From sequence record MN850645.1: 64,000 nt of DNA; one strand, 5' to 3'. Below, piece after piece: positions 19,946 to 28,909 of this stretch (within the stretch, counting starts at the first letter, position 1; every line of letters starts with the position of its first letter). The DNA comes from Escherichia phage outra. Position numbers and translations under genes: made by a program. The notes beneath the pieces are model-generated. The model was given only the letters and a program-made list of their open reading frames with translations, did not search any database and had not been told where the DNA came from.

Positions 19946-22359
19946 TGGCGAATTTTCCAACATATCCTGCTACGACACTAGAACAAGGTGTTGATCTGGT
20001 TATATTCTCGTCTAACCAGATGCATGATGTTATTAATGGAGATGCTACAGCAACTGTAGAAACCGAAACAGGTTTAATACCTACACTGCGTAAAGCACTT
20101 GTTGATAACTTCTTCTTTAAGAGTCCTGTTGCTTGGTCAGCAGGATCAACTGAAACTGTATTTAACCAGTTACGTTATTTTGAAAACGGTATCTTGAGTG
20201 GGTACTATTATGCCCCATCTGCCACTACTGCTAACCCTGTACCTATGCAGGGCACACCTGTAGGGGATAGTAACTGGACTCTGTACGCTCTTAAAACTGA
20301 ACAGTTAGCTTCAGATGTGTATCCTTGGTATTTTAAAGGTGCTACAGGATATGAAACAGAAATCAGTCCTCCTTATATCTTTGATAATGCTATTGTCACC
20401 ATTAACGGTGTAATTCAGATTCAAGGTGAAGCATTTACTATCAAAGATAGTAAAATTATTCTGGCAGAACCATTAGGTTTAGATCCGTCTACTGGTCTAC
20501 CTAACAAATTGTTTGCTTTTATTGGTAAAACAACAGCCTCTACTTCTTACGTAGAGAAAAACCTTTTGTCATCCACCACTGGTGCAGCAATGGTTGGTCT
20601 TCCATCTGGAGGCAACCTGTTACAAGCTCAATACTTTGTAACGCCTGAGCAGTTTGGTGCAATTGGTGATGGAGTTACCGATGATACTCAAGCAATTTTA
20701 AAAACCATTACTTTCGCTAACACGAATAACATTCAAGTACGTGCAGATAAGAATTATAGATTCACAAGCTCAATTGCTATGTCTGGTATTCGTTGGTATG
20801 GTGGTACATTCACTGGTAACGGTGGAACAATGATTTCTACTGTGTCCTGTTGGATGGAAAACGTTCGCTTTGAAAAATGTTATGTTAAGATGTTAGGTGG
20901 TGATTGCCGATTCTATCGTAATATCTTCTCCAACGCAACATCTACAGCAGCATTCTTAATGCAAGCAATGACAAGTGAAGGTACGTTGGACTTCAGTTAC
21001 AACGAAATGTATGGTTGTAAATATGCGATCCTGCAACAAGGTACTGGAGAAGTAATGACCTACGGGCGTTACTCTAACAACTATATTCACGATATTAAAG
21101 GTGATGCTATTGAACTTAACGTAGTTCAAAAACACTACACTGAAGGTTTGATTATCGAGAATAACCACATTGCTAACGTAGATGCTTCTGGACAAGGGGC
21201 AAACTGGGGTATTGGTATTGGTGTAGCAGGTAGTGGCCCATATGGTGTTGATGTTCCTGACTCACAATATGTACGTAATTTCAGTATCGTTGGGAATAGG
21301 GTTTACAATTGCCGTCAATGTCTACACGTTGAAATGGGTAAAAACTTCACAATACGTGATAACGAAGTTTATCCTAACACAGCAGTTTCAACAGGTACAG
21401 GTTTAACTACTTGTGGTGTTGCATTATACGGATGCCAAGATTTTGAAGTTGATGGTTTAACTGGTTATCTGCTTAATGATCCGTCTGTTTCAACACGCAT
21501 GGTCTTTATTGACTGGGGTGTTAACAGTGGAAGATATGCGGGGCCACCAATTAACTTTACAATTAAGAATTTGGATATTCCAGAATCTTCAATTGAGATT
21601 GCAACGGCTGGATCAGATGCCTGGGAAAACTCTACAATTGTTAGTAACATCAATTGTAATGTTTTTAAATGGCGTGGGCTACCATCTAGCTCTACCTTTA
21701 ATAATATTCGTTGCCGTAGTATTGACTTTATTGGTCAACACGGAAGCGGAGAAGGAAGTGGTGGCGGTTTCTATACTCGCAGCCAATTCACGTATATGAA
21801 GTGGGTAGGATGTACAGCACTTAGCGGAGATGAAACAACAGTTTCTTTTGCTAAAATCTACACTGATCGTTGCGATCAGGTTGGAAATAACTTTGGTGTT
21901 CCAACTGCTGTTGATGGTACAGGTCATCGTGGGCCAGTTTTAACTACTATTTCTGAACAATATTTTACAGCTTATGATGAATTCCCAGGTGGGCGTGAAT
22001 TCCCTACTGGAACAGTTATTCATTGTGCAAGCGGTAAAAAACATGTTGTTACAGTAGGTGGTGCTTTCTTTAGTGCCAACGAGAAAATAAAAGCAACTGT
22101 TACAGGTCAAACCTATCTACAGTCTAATGCTTTAAACTGGGCTAGTAATGGCTACGCTAAAGCAGCAGGTACTAAGATTGTTATTCCAGGTGCAGGTGCA
22201 AATGGCGGCGATCTTGTGACAACTATAGCACGTGCTACATACGTGACAAATAGTTTGTACACAATAGATATTGCAGATCCAATTGTAACACCTACAGCAG
22301 AGAATACACAAATTAAAGCTCTGAATCCTGTTACTTTTGTTACTGTCAATAATGCTTAA
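19945..22359 (+). CDS. tailspike protein with pectate-lyase-like beta-helix (putative polysaccharide depolymerase)
   Basis: 804 aa; PEQFGAIGDGVTDDTQAILKTI matches the N-terminal signature of pectate-lyase-fold depolymerases; Gly/Asn-rich parallel beta-helix-type sequence. Confidence 0.65.
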   Translation: MANFPTYPATTLEQGVDLVIFSSNQMHDVINGDATATVETETGLIPTLRKALVDNFFFKSPVAWSAGSTETVFNQLRYFENGILSGYYYAPSATTANPVPMQGTPVGDSNWTLYALKTEQLASDVYPWYFKGATGYETEISPPYIFDNAIVTINGVIQIQGEAFTIKDSKIILAEPLGLDPSTGLPNKLFAFIGKTTASTSYVEKNLLSSTTGAAMVGLPSGGNLLQAQYFVTPEQFGAIGDGVTDDTQAILKTITFANTNNIQVRADKNYRFTSSIAMSGIRWYGGTFTGNGGTMISTVSCWMENVRFEKCYVKMLGGDCRFYRNIFSNATSTAAFLMQAMTSEGTLDFSYNEMYGCKYAILQQGTGEVMTYGRYSNNYIHDIKGDAIELNVVQKHYTEGLIIENNHIANVDASGQGANWGIGIGVAGSGPYGVDVPDSQYVRNFSIVGNRVYNCRQCLHVEMGKNFTIRDNEVYPNTAVSTGTGLTTCGVALYGCQDFEVDGLTGYLLNDPSVSTRMVFIDWGVNSGRYAGPPINFTIKNLDIPESSIEIATAGSDAWENSTIVSNINCNVFKWRGLPSSSTFNNIRCRSIDFIGQHGSGEGSGGGFYTRSQFTYMKWVGCTALSGDETTVSFAKIYTDRCDQVGNNFGVPTAVDGTGHRGPVLTTISEQYFTAYDEFPGGREFPTGTVIHCASGKKHVVTVGGAFFSANEKIKATVTGQTYLQSNALNWASNGYAKAAGTKIVIPGAGANGGDLVTTIARATYVTNSLYTIDIADPIVTPTAENTQIKALNPVTFVTVNNA

Positions 22360-22363
22360 TTAA

Positions 22364-22383
22364 AAAGGGGCGAAAGCCCCTTT
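22364..22383 (+). terminator. terminator hairpin after the tailspike gene
   Basis: 8 bp stem AAAGGGGC-GAAA-GCCCCTTT, 5 nt after the stop; short U-tract. Confidence 0.5.
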
Positions 22384-22400
22384 ATAAAAGGAGTAGTAAA

Positions 22401-24362
22401 GTGATTTTAACACGTCCAAATAGTGCCATTGCAGACATGGTAGAGTCTCGCTATAGAAAGCGTAGAAGTTTTGCAAGTGGTTTTACCTTAAGAGATGCTC
22501 GTGAAGCATTGCTCTTTGAAACTGACGGTAACTACTATCAGTGGAAAGGTTCTCTACCTAAAGTTGTACCTGCTAACTCTACTCCTACATCTACTGGAGG
22601 TATTTCAGATACAGCTTGGAAAAATGTGGGTAATGCAGATGACATTGCTCAAATAGAATCAGAATTAGATGCTATTGAAGCTGAAATTGAAGATCTTAGA
22701 GAATCCATTCCAGAAGCTGGTAAATCAGCTTACCAGATTGCCGTAGACAATGGTTTCCAAGGTACTGAGACAGAGTGGTTGGCTTCTTTAAAAGGTGATC
22801 CAGGTGCTCCATTAAAGCTGCTAGGGACGCTATCTAATACCAACCAATTACCTACAACTGGAAACAATGCAGGAGATGCATGGATTGTAGGCGAGAATAT
22901 GTATGCTTGGGATGGTACTGCTTGGAGAAAAGTAAACTCACAGGGGCCAGAAGGTAAATCAGCTTATCAAGTTTGGCTTGCAGCAGGAAACCAAGGTACA
23001 GAACTAGATTATCTTGCTTCAATTAAAGGTGATAAAGGGGAGCCTGGCCCAGAGGGGCCACAAGGTGTACCAGGTAACAATGCTAATGGTTTTGATTACC
23101 AAGGTGCAGCTAATTCCGTTTCAGATCTTCCTTCTGCATCTCCTGGAAACACATCTCAAGCATGGAGTATTGGTACATATCTATACGTGTCAAACGGTGT
23201 AGAATGGATCAATATGGGTGCTATAGTGGGGCCAAAAGGAGATAAAGGCGACAAAGGAGATAAGGGTAACACTGGTGATTCAGCTTATCAAGTCTGGTTA
23301 AACGCTGGTAACGTTGGTACTATTGACGAATATATTGCCTCTCTGAAAGGAGAAAAAGGTGATAAGGGAGACAAGGGTGATCAAGGTGAGCAGGGTATAC
23401 AAGGCTTGACGGGGCCAACTGGTGCAGGGTTGACCATTATTGATATTCTGACTGACACTTCTGAACTACCACAAACTGGAGAAGATGGTGATGGTTATCT
23501 GATCAATAATGAACTTTGGGTTTGGTTGCAAGGAGCCACACAGTGGACAAATGTTGGTCGTTTAGCTGGTACTCCAATCACTGCAAAAGGACACGTTGCG
23601 TCTGCAAGTGCACTTCCTCCTACATCCAATTACGGTGATGCTTATCTAACGGAAGACACAGGTCATCTTTACATTTACACCTATGATGAACAAACTCAAA
23701 CTGCTGAATATGTAGATATGGGCAGTTTGAAAGGTGATAAGGGTGAGAAAGGTGACGCTGGTACTAACGGTACAGACGGTGCAACTTGGATTGTTAAAAC
23801 AACAGATCCAATCTCTAGTGATGGTAAACAAGGGGATTATGCCTTTAATATCTCCACTGGCGAGGTGTTCTTAAAAACATCTGCAACTGTCTGGACTTCT
23901 CAAGGTACACTACCTAGCATTACAGATGCACCTAGTGACGGTAAGATCTATGCTCGTAAAGATGGAGCATGGGAAGAACTCACCAGTTCTGTAGATGGTC
24001 AAGATATAGTTCCAACAAAAGTAACAACTAATTTTATAGAGGTTACAGCATATACCAACAACTCTGTTACAGGTGACTGGACACCTCCAGGAACACATAA
24101 CATGAATGTGTTGAATCTTACTGGTAACTCTACTATAAAAGCATGGCCTGGTGTCGAAGATAGCACAAAACCTAAACCATTCTCTGCAATAGTTTATCTT
24201 ATCCAAGATGCCACTGGAGGTCGTACTGTTACTTTAGATCCATCTTATAAAGTAATTGGTTCTAGTGATATTAATACAGATCCTAACGGAGTAACAATAC
24301 TACAACTAACATATTGTGGTGTTGGTGATTACGTGGATGCTATTGTTGCTAAACGCACATAA
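22401..24362 (+). CDS. tail fiber protein with phage-fibre repeats and collagen-like Gly-X-Y repeats
   Basis: 653 aa; GTG start after AAAGGAG; three copies of a SAYQ...GxQGTE...(W/Y)LASLKG repeat; several GDKGDKGDKG-type collagen-like runs. Confidence 0.7.
   Translation: MILTRPNSAIADMVESRYRKRRSFASGFTLRDAREALLFETDGNYYQWKGSLPKVVPANSTPTSTGGISDTAWKNVGNADDIAQIESELDAIEAEIEDLRESIPEAGKSAYQIAVDNGFQGTETEWLASLKGDPGAPLKLLGTLSNTNQLPTTGNNAGDAWIVGENMYAWDGTAWRKVNSQGPEGKSAYQVWLAAGNQGTELDYLASIKGDKGEPGPEGPQGVPGNNANGFDYQGAANSVSDLPSASPGNTSQAWSIGTYLYVSNGVEWINMGAIVGPKGDKGDKGDKGNTGDSAYQVWLNAGNVGTIDEYIASLKGEKGDKGDKGDQGEQGIQGLTGPTGAGLTIIDILTDTSELPQTGEDGDGYLINNELWVWLQGATQWTNVGRLAGTPITAKGHVASASALPPTSNYGDAYLTEDTGHLYIYTYDEQTQTAEYVDMGSLKGDKGEKGDAGTNGTDGATWIVKTTDPISSDGKQGDYAFNISTGEVFLKTSATVWTSQGTLPSITDAPSDGKIYARKDGAWEELTSSVDGQDIVPTKVTTNFIEVTAYTNNSVTGDWTPPGTHNMNVLNLTGNSTIKAWPGVEDSTKPKPFSAIVYLIQDATGGRTVTLDPSYKVIGSSDINTDPNGVTILQLTYCGVGDYVDAIVAKRT
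22700..23800 (+). repeat. intragenic tandem repeat region (three phage-fibre repeats and three collagen-like Gly-X-Y blocks)
   Basis: Protein repeats at about aa 108-135, 187-215 and 293-320; Gly-X-Y runs near nt 23230-23280, 23350-23410 and 23730-23780. Confidence 0.6.
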
Positions 24363-24365
24363 TCA

Positions 24366-24390
24366 AAGCCCCTTCGGGGGCTTATTGTTT
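24366..24390 (+). terminator. rho-independent terminator after the collagen-like fiber gene
   Basis: Stem AAGCCCC-TTCG-GGGGCTT followed by ATTGTTT. Confidence 0.6.
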
Positions 24391-24401
24391 AAGGAGATTA
24401 A

Positions 24402-26288
24402 ATGTATCCTATTCCTTTATTTATGTCAACAACATCAGCTTCAGTAGTAACAGCTACATCTATAACCACTTCCTCTATTGGCATTGCAATAGTTGGTAGT
24501 AAAAAACAACTGACATATACAGTTACACCCGAAGATGGTGCGTTATTTGATATAGCTTTTTCATCTTCAGATAATACCAAAATGGTTATAGATAATAATG
24601 GTATGATGGAGTTTGTTGCTGAAGGTGGTTTTGATGCAATAATGACAGCTAAAAATAATTTAGGTGCTGTCTTAACTGATCAATCTGGTGGTTATGCTTC
24701 AGAATTAAGTGTGTACACTGAAAGTCTATCGGCTATGGATGTAGGCACTACTCAACAGTTGGTTGCTACAATCAGTCCAGAAGGTGCTAAAGACCTTCCA
24801 GATATGGTAATTACATACACCACAACAGATCCAGAAGTAGCTACTGTAAGCCCTACAGGATTAATAACTGCTCTTAAAGATGGCAATTGCCGTATAGGTT
24901 GTACTGCAACGTATCAAGGAACAGTTGTGGCCTCTGATAGTTCTTATTTAGGTGTTAATGCTATTCCTGTTATTTCTAATGTAACAGCCGTGGCAAACAG
25001 TTATGGAGACGTTCGTGTTGCTTGGGATGTAACTGATCCACTAGACGGTGATACTTATACTGTAGAAGTATTAGATTTAAGTGATAATAGTGTTCAGTGG
25101 ACTACAACAACCACGAATACTTACGCTTACTTTGATATCTCTGACTCTATTCCTCTTTATGGGTTTGCTCCAACATACCTTAAAATTAGCGTTAAGAGCA
25201 CCAAAGCAGCAGCCGTTATCTTTAATAACTCAATAGCTACAGATGATTCGTTCATTAAAGAAGTTATTGTCTTTGCTGGACAAGATAACGTAAATGCACA
25301 CTTTACAGAATTATCTGGTGCAAATAAAGCAGTAATGAGTAGCACAACAACCCGTAATGCATATGCTACGCAACGTGGTTTAGCAAATGCTGAAGTTCTT
25401 CCGTTAAATACAGCTTCTGGATCATCAGCAGCAGATAAATATGCTGACGATAAAGCTGGAACAGGTACACCAGACAACTACTGGTATGATCTGGATAACA
25501 CAGCAGATGGGCCATGCTTAACTAACTTTATCACTAAAGTCACACCTTATGCAAGTAAGGTTAAAGCAATTATTTGGGGACAAGGTGAAAATGATGCTGT
25601 ATCAGCATCTTCGACTGTTGCAGGTAGGTACAGTAACACTACACGTTACCATGATGCTACGATAGCTATCTTTGATAAGATGCGTACAATAGTTCCTGCT
25701 TCTCAAGCAAAAATTGTTTGGCAGATCCTAGGACGTTCTTATTTATATGGTGTAGAAGTTAATGGTGTGGATTGGCAGAAGTACAGAAATGTACAAAGAA
25801 CCATCTCTACAGCACGTGATGATGTTATCATTGGTTCTTGGGTAGATGGTGCTGAACGTTACAGTGGTTATGTTTATGAAGAAGGTATTGATGGTCGTAT
25901 CCATTATATTTCTTCTGTATATCAAACAGCAGCTACAAAACTTGCTAAATCAGCAGCAGACGGTACAGATTTAACATCAACACCACCTGTTTGGGTTGAT
26001 ATGTCTGTTCCAACAGGAGGAGCCGCTGTAAGACAAGCTAACCAAGATGCAATTATTTCTTGGGAACCAGCAGGATATACCAAACATTACTTCCGAAATG
26101 TAAACGTCCTCACAGCAGCAATTCTTACAGAACAAACTCTTGATACTAACACTTACACATTTACTTATGCAGATCAGGTTGAACAATACGGGTTTGCAGC
26201 AGGTACAGCAGTGTTTGATGTTGCACACTATGATGCTGATAATGACGTGTTATCACCTCTTGTCAGATTTACAGTCAATGTTACATAA
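24402..26288 (+). CDS. tail fiber/spike with SGNH/SASA-type carbohydrate esterase domain
   Basis: 628 aa; RBS AAGGAGA; motifs VIVFAGQDNV, IIWGQGENDA and DGRIHY resemble the GQSN / QGExD / His blocks of sialate-O-acetylesterase-type esterases. Confidence 0.6.
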   Translation: MYPIPLFMSTTSASVVTATSITTSSIGIAIVGSKKQLTYTVTPEDGALFDIAFSSSDNTKMVIDNNGMMEFVAEGGFDAIMTAKNNLGAVLTDQSGGYASELSVYTESLSAMDVGTTQQLVATISPEGAKDLPDMVITYTTTDPEVATVSPTGLITALKDGNCRIGCTATYQGTVVASDSSYLGVNAIPVISNVTAVANSYGDVRVAWDVTDPLDGDTYTVEVLDLSDNSVQWTTTTTNTYAYFDISDSIPLYGFAPTYLKISVKSTKAAAVIFNNSIATDDSFIKEVIVFAGQDNVNAHFTELSGANKAVMSSTTTRNAYATQRGLANAEVLPLNTASGSSAADKYADDKAGTGTPDNYWYDLDNTADGPCLTNFITKVTPYASKVKAIIWGQGENDAVSASSTVAGRYSNTTRYHDATIAIFDKMRTIVPASQAKIVWQILGRSYLYGVEVNGVDWQKYRNVQRTISTARDDVIIGSWVDGAERYSGYVYEEGIDGRIHYISSVYQTAATKLAKSAADGTDLTSTPPVWVDMSVPTGGAAVRQANQDAIISWEPAGYTKHYFRNVNVLTAAILTEQTLDTNTYTFTYADQVEQYGFAAGTAVFDVAHYDADNDVLSPLVRFTVNVT

Positions 26289-26291
26289 ACA

Positions 26292-26313
26292 AAAAGGAGC
26301 CAATAGGCTCCTT
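26292..26313. terminator. bidirectional rho-independent terminator between convergent modules
   Basis: Hairpin AAAGGAGCC-AAT-AGGCTCCTTT with T-rich flanks on both strands; lies between the last + gene (ends 26288) and the last - gene (ends 26324). Confidence 0.65.
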
Positions 26314-26323
26314 TTCTTTTATC

Positions 26324-26755
26324 TTAATCAGTGAAAATTACGCTCACATCTTCTTTAGAGAAGAGTTTATGATCTTCACCTTTTGTCTCAAGAGTTTCAT
26401 ACAGGTTAAGAAGTTCTGAAACATCTTTCTCTACTAGTTTCTTCAATGTTGCAATTTTCTGTTTGCGATTTTTAATACGTTCAGCTACAACCTTACGTTG
26501 GTATCCGGCAGTACGATAACCTGAGAAAGTTACACCAGTGAGACTTGCAGTTACAGGATCGTAATGACGTTCAATCTGAAATTTATTAAAAGGTACAGCG
26601 TCATCACGAATAATCTTACCGCCATTACTTACTTGACGAAGACCAGTAACTTGTTCTAGTCGTGCCATAGAAATCTTTGGAGACAGACCAGAGTCCAGGT
26701 TCATACCGTTGTTAATCAGTGCTTTCAGGGTGATTTTGCTGTTCAGTGTACTCAT
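26324..26755 (-). CDS. hypothetical protein co-transcribed downstream of the DNA methyltransferase
   Basis: 143 aa; GGAGGA 9 nt upstream; start lies 44 nt inside the 3' end of the MTase gene; no motif recognised. Confidence 0.4.
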   Translation of the reverse strand: MSTLNSKITLKALINNGMNLDSGLSPKISMARLEQVTGLRQVSNGGKIIRDDAVPFNKFQIERHYDPVTASLTGVTFSGYRTAGYQRKVVAERIKNRKQKIATLKKLVEKDVSELLNLYETLETKGEDHKLFSKEDVSVIFTD

Positions 26756-27443
26756 TTAGTCGTTCCTCCGCTTGCTTAAAAATATTTACATCGGCTTCAC
26801 AGCCTAAGTATTCTCTACCTGTTAAAAGTGCCGCAACTTGTGTTGTTGCACTTCCAGAGAAGAAGTCTAAGACTACATCTCCTTCGTTGGTATGTATATT
26901 AATAAGGTCACAAAACAAAGTCAAGTGTTTTTGTGTCGGATGAAAACGATCTGCTCCTTGATAGATAGGATACTCAAACACACCCTTGTGGTAGGAGGCA
27001 TTGAAGGTTGGCTTAGAACCTTTAACACAAACAATAGCCATCTCTTTAGCGTTACTAAGGTAGTTAACACCACTGTTGATGGGTACAGGGTTTGTTTTAA
27101 TCCATTCAATAGTACGGAACATACGAAAACCAAGCGGTTCAAGGATTTCACGTAGCTCCTGGATCTTCCAGATATCATACCAAACTATGCAAGTACCACC
27201 TTTTCTAAGCACCCTATAGGCTTCTTTGAATACTTCTTTAAAGTAAGGAATATCTACAACATCCCAATCCCCAAAGTTGTAAGATACACGGAATCTATCT
27301 GTATCTTTTCCAGTAGGCTCTCCAGATTGAAAATTTGTGTCACGAGAAATAGCATATGGTGGGTCAGTAAGAATCAAATCTACACTATTGCTTTCGAGGG
27401 TTTGCAGGTAGTTTAACGCGGTGTTGTTTACAAATTCGCTCAT
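26712..27443 (-). CDS. DNA methyltransferase (amino-MTase, beta-class; N6-adenine or N4-cytosine)
   Basis: 243 aa; DPPY (motif IV) near the N-terminus and FFSGSATT (motif I, AdoMet binding) near the C-terminus; RBS GAAGGAG. Confidence 0.8.
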   Translation of the reverse strand: MSEFVNNTALNYLQTLESNSVDLILTDPPYAISRDTNFQSGEPTGKDTDRFRVSYNFGDWDVVDIPYFKEVFKEAYRVLRKGGTCIVWYDIWKIQELREILEPLGFRMFRTIEWIKTNPVPINSGVNYLSNAKEMAIVCVKGSKPTFNASYHKGVFEYPIYQGADRFHPTQKHLTLFCDLINIHTNEGDVVLDFFSGSATTQVAALLTGREYLGCEADVNIFKQAEERLNEYTEQQNHPESTD

Positions 27444-27455
27444 TATATCTCCTTC

Positions 27456-27481
27456 AAAGAAAAGGAGCCGTTAGGCTCCTT
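27456..27481 (-). terminator. rho-independent terminator after the SSB-like gene
   Basis: Hairpin AAGGAGCC-TAAC-GGCTCCTT followed on the minus strand by TTTCTTT; about 90% identical to the hairpin at 26292-26313. Confidence 0.6.
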
Positions 27482-27503
27482 ATATTTACACAATATTTAA
27501 CTA

Positions 27504-28451
27504 TTAGAAACAGTGCAGGAAGTTTCGACCATACTGCAAACCAATAGGAGCAAATGGGATATCATCATCGAAATCTTGAACAACAGGTTCTGGTTCTTTC
27601 GGTGCTGGCTCTTTCTTCTCTACTTTTTTAGTTTCTTTCTTAACTTCTTGTACTGGGGTAGACATTCCACGGATAGCAGCAGCTACTTTATCAGACAAAG
27701 CAAGAACTTCACGAGCAGCTTCAATAATCTCTTCTGCCGTTACAGTTTTACCTGTATGATCACGACAAGCGTTAAGAATTGCGTGTCCAACTGAAGCACC
27801 AAGATCATAGTCAGTCACATCAACGCCACGATCTTTAGCAATTTCTGCTTTCAGAGTAACAGTTGCAGATTGTACCACACCAGCCAAGTCGAAAGCATCA
27901 CCTTTCACACCAGCACGTAGAAGCTCCAGAGCGCCGTTTACAGCGTGTCCTGTTTCAATCCCTACGGTATCACGTTTTTTGTAGTTAGGCTTGCTACCTT
28001 CGTTATTAGATGGCTTATTTCCACCTTTTGAAGAAGATTGTGCTTGCTGAACACCTTCTGTTGAAAGAATAGTGATTTTACCTTTAGAGGAATTGTAGTA
28101 TGTTTTGCCATTCCATTCAGAAGGTTTAACATCCATAGTTAGTTCTACACCTTTTTCGATAGTAACCCACTTGTCACCATCTTTAACTTGCAGGTTTTCA
28201 TGTTCTGGATGCAGTTTAACTTCACCTAGGCTAACCCAAACACCTTTATCATCAGCACTAGCACCTTTCTCTTTAATAAGCAGAGATGCTTTGTGAGTTG
28301 ATTCAATTTTCTTATCTGGCTGACCTGCAACCTTAATATAAGAGACTTTCATTTCATCAAACTTATCCAGTTTGACATATTCAACGATACCTTCAGCCCA
28401 GAATGCTTCTTTTTTAGTACGACGGTCGATTTCAGAATTAATTACTGGCAT
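27504..28451 (-). CDS. single-stranded DNA-binding protein-like
   Basis: 315 aa; beta-rich N-terminal region; Lys/Glu/Pro linker and acidic DFDDDIPF motif (SSB tail signature) 15 aa before a C-terminal Phe; RBS GAGGAG. Confidence 0.55.
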   Translation of the reverse strand: MPVINSEIDRRTKKEAFWAEGIVEYVKLDKFDEMKVSYIKVAGQPDKKIESTHKASLLIKEKGASADDKGVWVSLGEVKLHPEHENLQVKDGDKWVTIEKGVELTMDVKPSEWNGKTYYNSSKGKITILSTEGVQQAQSSSKGGNKPSNNEGSKPNYKKRDTVGIETGHAVNGALELLRAGVKGDAFDLAGVVQSATVTLKAEIAKDRGVDVTDYDLGASVGHAILNACRDHTGKTVTAEEIIEAAREVLALSDKVAAAIRGMSTPVQEVKKETKKVEKKEPAPKEPEPVVQDFDDDIPFAPIGLQYGRNFLHCF

Positions 28452-28467
28452 AAATTCTCCTCTATAA

Positions 28468-28866
28468 TTACATTACTTTAACACAAAACTCTCGTAAAAG
28501 AGTAGCGTCAGTTTCTTCCAACAGGTATTTACCAAGACCAATACCAAATCCTATTTCACCACTTTCGAAATGGAGGATTTGTATCTTTTCTCCACCAAGG
28601 TTAATTACTTTTGCTTTTCCAGGATTATCCAAAACATCTCGTATTGTATCCTGTAGTAACATAAGCTCACGTTTTGTGATAGTGGTTTCAGATATCTCTT
28701 TGTTTTCTACCCGCACTGTTAAACGGTTGTATCCACCAAAGAGACATAGTATTTGAATAAAAAAGGTATTATCTTGAGGTTCAACATCTTTTTTAGTTAG
28801 CTCAAGACGGTTAGTTTCCCTACTGTAGAACGTCTCGACTAAGATTTTAGAACGATTATCTGTCAT
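28468..28866 (-). CDS. hypothetical protein
   Basis: 132 aa ORF with GAGGA RBS. Confidence 0.4.
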   Translation of the reverse strand: MTDNRSKILVETFYSRETNRLELTKKDVEPQDNTFFIQILCLFGGYNRLTVRVENKEISETTITKRELMLLQDTIRDVLDNPGKAKVINLGGEKIQILHFESGEIGFGIGLGKYLLEETDATLLREFCVKVM

Positions 28867-28909
28867 TCAAGTCCTCATAATAACACATAATTATAATGTT
28901 TGTCAACAC

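Noticed and set aside
22700-23800. CRISPR array or other spaced direct-repeat array
   Set aside because: The only repetitive DNA is coding (collagen-like Gly-X-Y and fibre repeats) and in frame within the fiber gene; no regular repeat-spacer architecture exists anywhere in the window.
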